Assembly: GCF_009914755.1 (NCBI RefSeq)
Contig: NC_060930.1
DNA from: the human T2T-CHM13v2.0 reference genome, Homo sapiens
DNA: 64,000 nt
Direction: 5' to 3' (one strand)
The stretch's first letter is position 1; the number at the start of each line of letters is the position of its first letter. Shown here in pieces: positions 60,005 through 64,000 of this stretch. Below the pieces are notes generated by a model. It saw only the letters and a program-made list of their open reading frames with translations. It was not told the origin of the DNA and did not search any database. A program made the position numbers and the translations under genes.

Positions 60005-60370
60005 TTTTAAAAGTATAAATACATATACTTAAAAATGCATATAAATAAAATAATAATCTTCTAATTTAAAAAGGATAAAGACATTCTTAAAAACATAAAA
60101 GTATAATACATATAAATAAAAACACTTAAAAAAGCATAATACTTATACTTTAAGAAACATAATACATATACATAAAAATATATGTACTTAAAATGTATAA
60201 TGCATACACTTAAAAATAGTGTAATACAAAAACTTAAAAACTCATATTAAAAAAGCATAATACATATACTTATAAAAGTATAAATACATATACTAAAAAA
60301 CTTGTAATAATAAAATAAGGATAAAAATATTCTAGTTTTAAAGAATATAAATACATAAACTTAAAAGTTC
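60005..60370. repeat. Degenerate AT-rich minisatellite (~21-bp unit aaaagcataatacatatactt)
   Basis: Repeated 'aaaag(c/t)ataa(a)taca...actt' units. Confidence 0.75.
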
Positions 60371-60414
60371 ATCTAAATAAAAAAAGAATAAAACTAAATT
60401 AAGCGTTCAACTCA

Positions 60415-60815
<401 letters not shown>

Positions 60816-61589
60816 CAAAATCAAAAAAGTTCCATAATGAAATAAATCCCAGAGCTGTTTTAGTAACAAAGACAATATTAATAATATTAACAAGAAGAAA
60901 ATAAGAGATCACATATTAGCCAACCTAATCAATAAATAAAAATAGGCAAGTAGCCATGCATTTGGAAGAAACTGAAAAGTCAGAAGAGACTGTAATGAAT
61001 GAGATTAAATGTGAAAATATAAATAGAAAAATATTAATATGATTTTGAATAGAATAATAAATATTTATGATTATAAATTACTGAAAACAACTTTGGAAAG
61101 ATGGAAATACTAAACAAATAATTTACCATGGCAGAAAGAGAAAAGGTTATTTAAGAACGTTGTTTTACAGCTGTCTTTACACAGGTGCAAAATAATCTAT
61201 GAGTAAAGATATTTACTTCAGTATATTTACAACTGCAAAAGGGTGGAAATAACCTATTTTTCCAACAATAATGCACTACTTATTTTAATGATGAAATATC
61301 CATGTGGTCATTAAAAGGATGAGGACCTATTATATGTATTGATGTAGAATAATAAAGTTGCTATTATATTGTATAATTATGACATAACCTATTGAATAAT
61401 GCATACAATATGCCATATTATTCATGGTGAATGGGACAGTACTTTTCTCTGTATGCGCCTTTGTATATTAAATTTTGTAGGATTTTGATTTTTACAACAT
61501 GTGATTCATTTTATCTGTAAAATATAGGTATAATATAGTTAAAATATATTTAATTTAAGTACATTAAAAGAACACCTGATTGATGACAA

Positions 61590-61780
61590 TGATGATGATG
61601 ATGAGGATTATAGCTACCATATGTTGAGTGCCTGTGACAGGGACAGGGCCTTTCATATATTATCTTGAACACTCACAATAACTCAAAGCAGGAAATTAGG
61701 TTCAAAGAGGCTAATTAATGTGTCCAATATTACAGGATTAGTATGCCACTTACCACCTGGAAATCAAGTACAACTTCAAA
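61590..61780 (-). mobile_element. MIR fragment
   Basis: 'atagctaccatatgttgagtgcct...ctcacaataac...ggttcaaagagg'. Confidence 0.65.
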
Positions 61781-62599
61781 GCCAATGACAACCAAGGTTT
61801 ACCCAAGTTCAACTGACCATTGTAGTTAACTAAATAGACATAAACTATTTCTTCACCTCACTGAGCCACATAACACAACCTTTTCTTTTCAAGTGCCAAG
61901 TGTGATATAAATTAGCTAACTTTATTACTATAGTTTGGATTTTATATACATGAAATCTTGTTTTCCTAAAAGATCTAATTAAGATTGCATAAAGGTTTGC
62001 AACAGTCCTGTTGTATAAATGATTCAACATTCCCACAACAAACTAGATAAACATTTTGCCAATCACTAATTAAAAAGCTGGCTCTAAGTACAATAACCTG
62101 GAGTCAGTTTGCATTCACATTTCTATTAAAGGCTAATGAATACACAGCTAAACTAATTTAGTCAAATTGTTTCTTCATTGTGTTCAAAGTTAAAACTAAC
62201 AATTCAGATTTAGCCGTGAGTCTTTTAAATTATTTTTTTCTCCCCTATTGAGTAAAAGTCTAATTAAAAGCTTTTAGTCTTTCACGTTGTGCAGGCTGCT
62301 AAGTGATATTGTTTAGTCCACAGGGATTCCATTATTACTTGGCTTTACAATATACAATTCTACAAGGGTTTTTTTAACCCACTTTGCCCGGAAGGTTTTG
62401 TGTTTTAAAATTTAATCTGATAAGTTTTAAATTGTGAAACAAAAGAAAAATTTTAATTATTTGTTGTAAGATTTTAATTCAGCCCTAAAACTTATTGGCT
62501 ATTTATAATAGGTAAGTTTCAAGTCAGGTAGTGTGGAGATGTTAAAAATGTTCAAAACTCTATGTAGTACATGTAGGTTTCACTCTGCATACTTGCAAA

Positions 62600-62776
62600 C
62601 AGGAGTGAGTAAATAATTTACAAGGCCTAGTACAAAGTGAAAATGCCGGGCCTCTTGTTCAAAAACTATTATGAATTTCAATATGTCGACAACAGAGCAT
62701 TACATCAATCACAAGGCCTTTCTGACTATGGCATTGTGCAGCCACACAGGTTGCAATGCCCATGGATTCAGCCCTG
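62600..62776. mobile_element. MER45-like hAT-Tip100 element
   Basis: 'aaaatgccgggcctcttgttcaaaa...gagcatta...cacaggttgca...cccatg...cagccctg'. Confidence 0.7.
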
Positions 62777-63026
62777 TTGAGAAGTATGGTGTGTAGAAAT
62801 GTCACATTATATTAGTATTACCTTTTACATTAAACTGATTCCCCAAATCCCATTATGCTAGACTGCCATAAATTTCACATTTTTTTGAGCTCTCCAGCTT
62901 GGTGGCGTAGGGGACTTTCAGACACTGAAGACTTCTGGTCTTCCTGCTACTGAAATGCTCCTCATCTAAGCTCATTGTTCTGCATCTGCTGCTGAAACTA
63001 CTTTGCTGGACTGGAAACTTGGTACC

Positions 63027-63157
63027 TAGGGGTCAACCTTTCTAGCCACACCGAGTTTTAATCCATATCAATGTATTTTGAGAATGAAAGGGGGCATACT
63101 GACCTAACTGGCCTACAAAAGGACTGTCCAGGACAACTGGGCTGAGTAGTTACCTTC
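63027..63157. mobile_element. MER81-like hAT-Blackjack element
   Basis: 'ttttgagaatgaaagggggca...ggactgtccaggacaactgg...gttacct'. Confidence 0.65.
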
Positions 63158-63654
63158 ATGTAGCCATTTACTCCGGAAGTTCAGTGGTTCCATCCTTAGC
63201 AGAACACATACACCTCCGGGATCCCTGTGGAAGAGTGTGCAAGCCTCCTGTCTGCCACCTGGTATGGACAGCCCTGGCATGCAGAAGACAATAAGTGTTA
63301 GTCTGAAATGACTATTATTTTCTCCCTTTCTTCTGTTACTAAAGTGATCAGAGATATTAACAGTTTCTCATTTTGGTTCTTCTAGCTCTTTAGCTTTTCA
63401 GAGGGACAGTTAGGTAGTCAGAACTTTTAAATACTGCAAAACTTTTAAACTAATATTACTAAGGAATGGGATATTTCTTAAAGTTTTTTTTTTCACATAA
63501 CAAATGTATGAACTTAAAAACAAACTAAAAAATATAAAAATATTTTTGAAGAAAATGTTTCTTAAACATATCTATTTCTCTGCCTTCAAAAAGCAAGTTC
63601 AGTGCATGTAATAGATTTGTTCCTGGATTATGCAGAGTGGTCATATGAATTAAG

Positions 63655-63880
63655 GTAGAATAATTAAAACTACATGCTCTGGAGTTACACTGCCTGGGTA
63701 GAAGTCTTTGCTTAGCTGTGAGACCTTGAACAAAGTTCTTAAATTCTCCATGTCTCAGTTCCTTTATCTGTAAAATAGAGATACTAACAGTTTCCACATT
63801 ATAGTGTTGTGGTGAGTATAAATGCCAATATATTTATAAAGTACTATGAACAGTACGCTAGTCAATACATGTGAATAACC
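63655..63880 (+). mobile_element. MIR
   Basis: 'ctctggagttacactgcctggg...gctgtgagaccttgaacaa...gtctcagttcctttatctgtaaaat'. Confidence 0.85.
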
Positions 63881-64000
63881 ACAATAAATTTTATTTTTTT
63901 GATGTTATTTTATTGATAAAATAACTCAGAAGCATTTGTGCCATGAGTAAATGCTCCCATTTTTAGCTTCCAAGTCTTCTTTACAATAAAAATGTGTTAG

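Overview
AT-rich, repeat-dominated primate (most likely human) genomic DNA from an intergenic or deep-intronic region. There is no intact protein-coding gene, RNA gene, CpG island or CRISPR array. The supplied ORFs are by-products of Alu, L1, LTR and microsatellite sequence, apart from pieces of one decayed transposase. Main contents: a complete ~2.7 kb fossil hAT DNA transposon (Charlie3/MER1 family, 8069-10793) with both TIRs, an 8-bp TSD and a recognisable transposase; a near full-length old L1MA-type LINE (~18165-24600); a full-length THE1 MaLR provirus with a perfect CCTAG TSD (42123-44458); a 5'UTR-only L1 relic with ~270-bp tandem monomers; and many Alus, solo LTRs, L2/MIR and small DNA transposons. 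Two patterns go beyond routine repeat annotation. First, there are repeated scars of local templated copying or fold-back template switching (9552, 20190, 23655, 34232, 39699, 54471, 59867) and an apparent ancient inversion at the window start. Second, several repeat-free islands carry dense TF-motif clusters (E-boxes at 46053-46342, GATA plus CpG at 25263-25385) and are enhancer candidates. Repeat subfamily names are recognised from memory of consensus sequences and need RepeatMasker/Dfam confirmation. I found no convincing new gene system.
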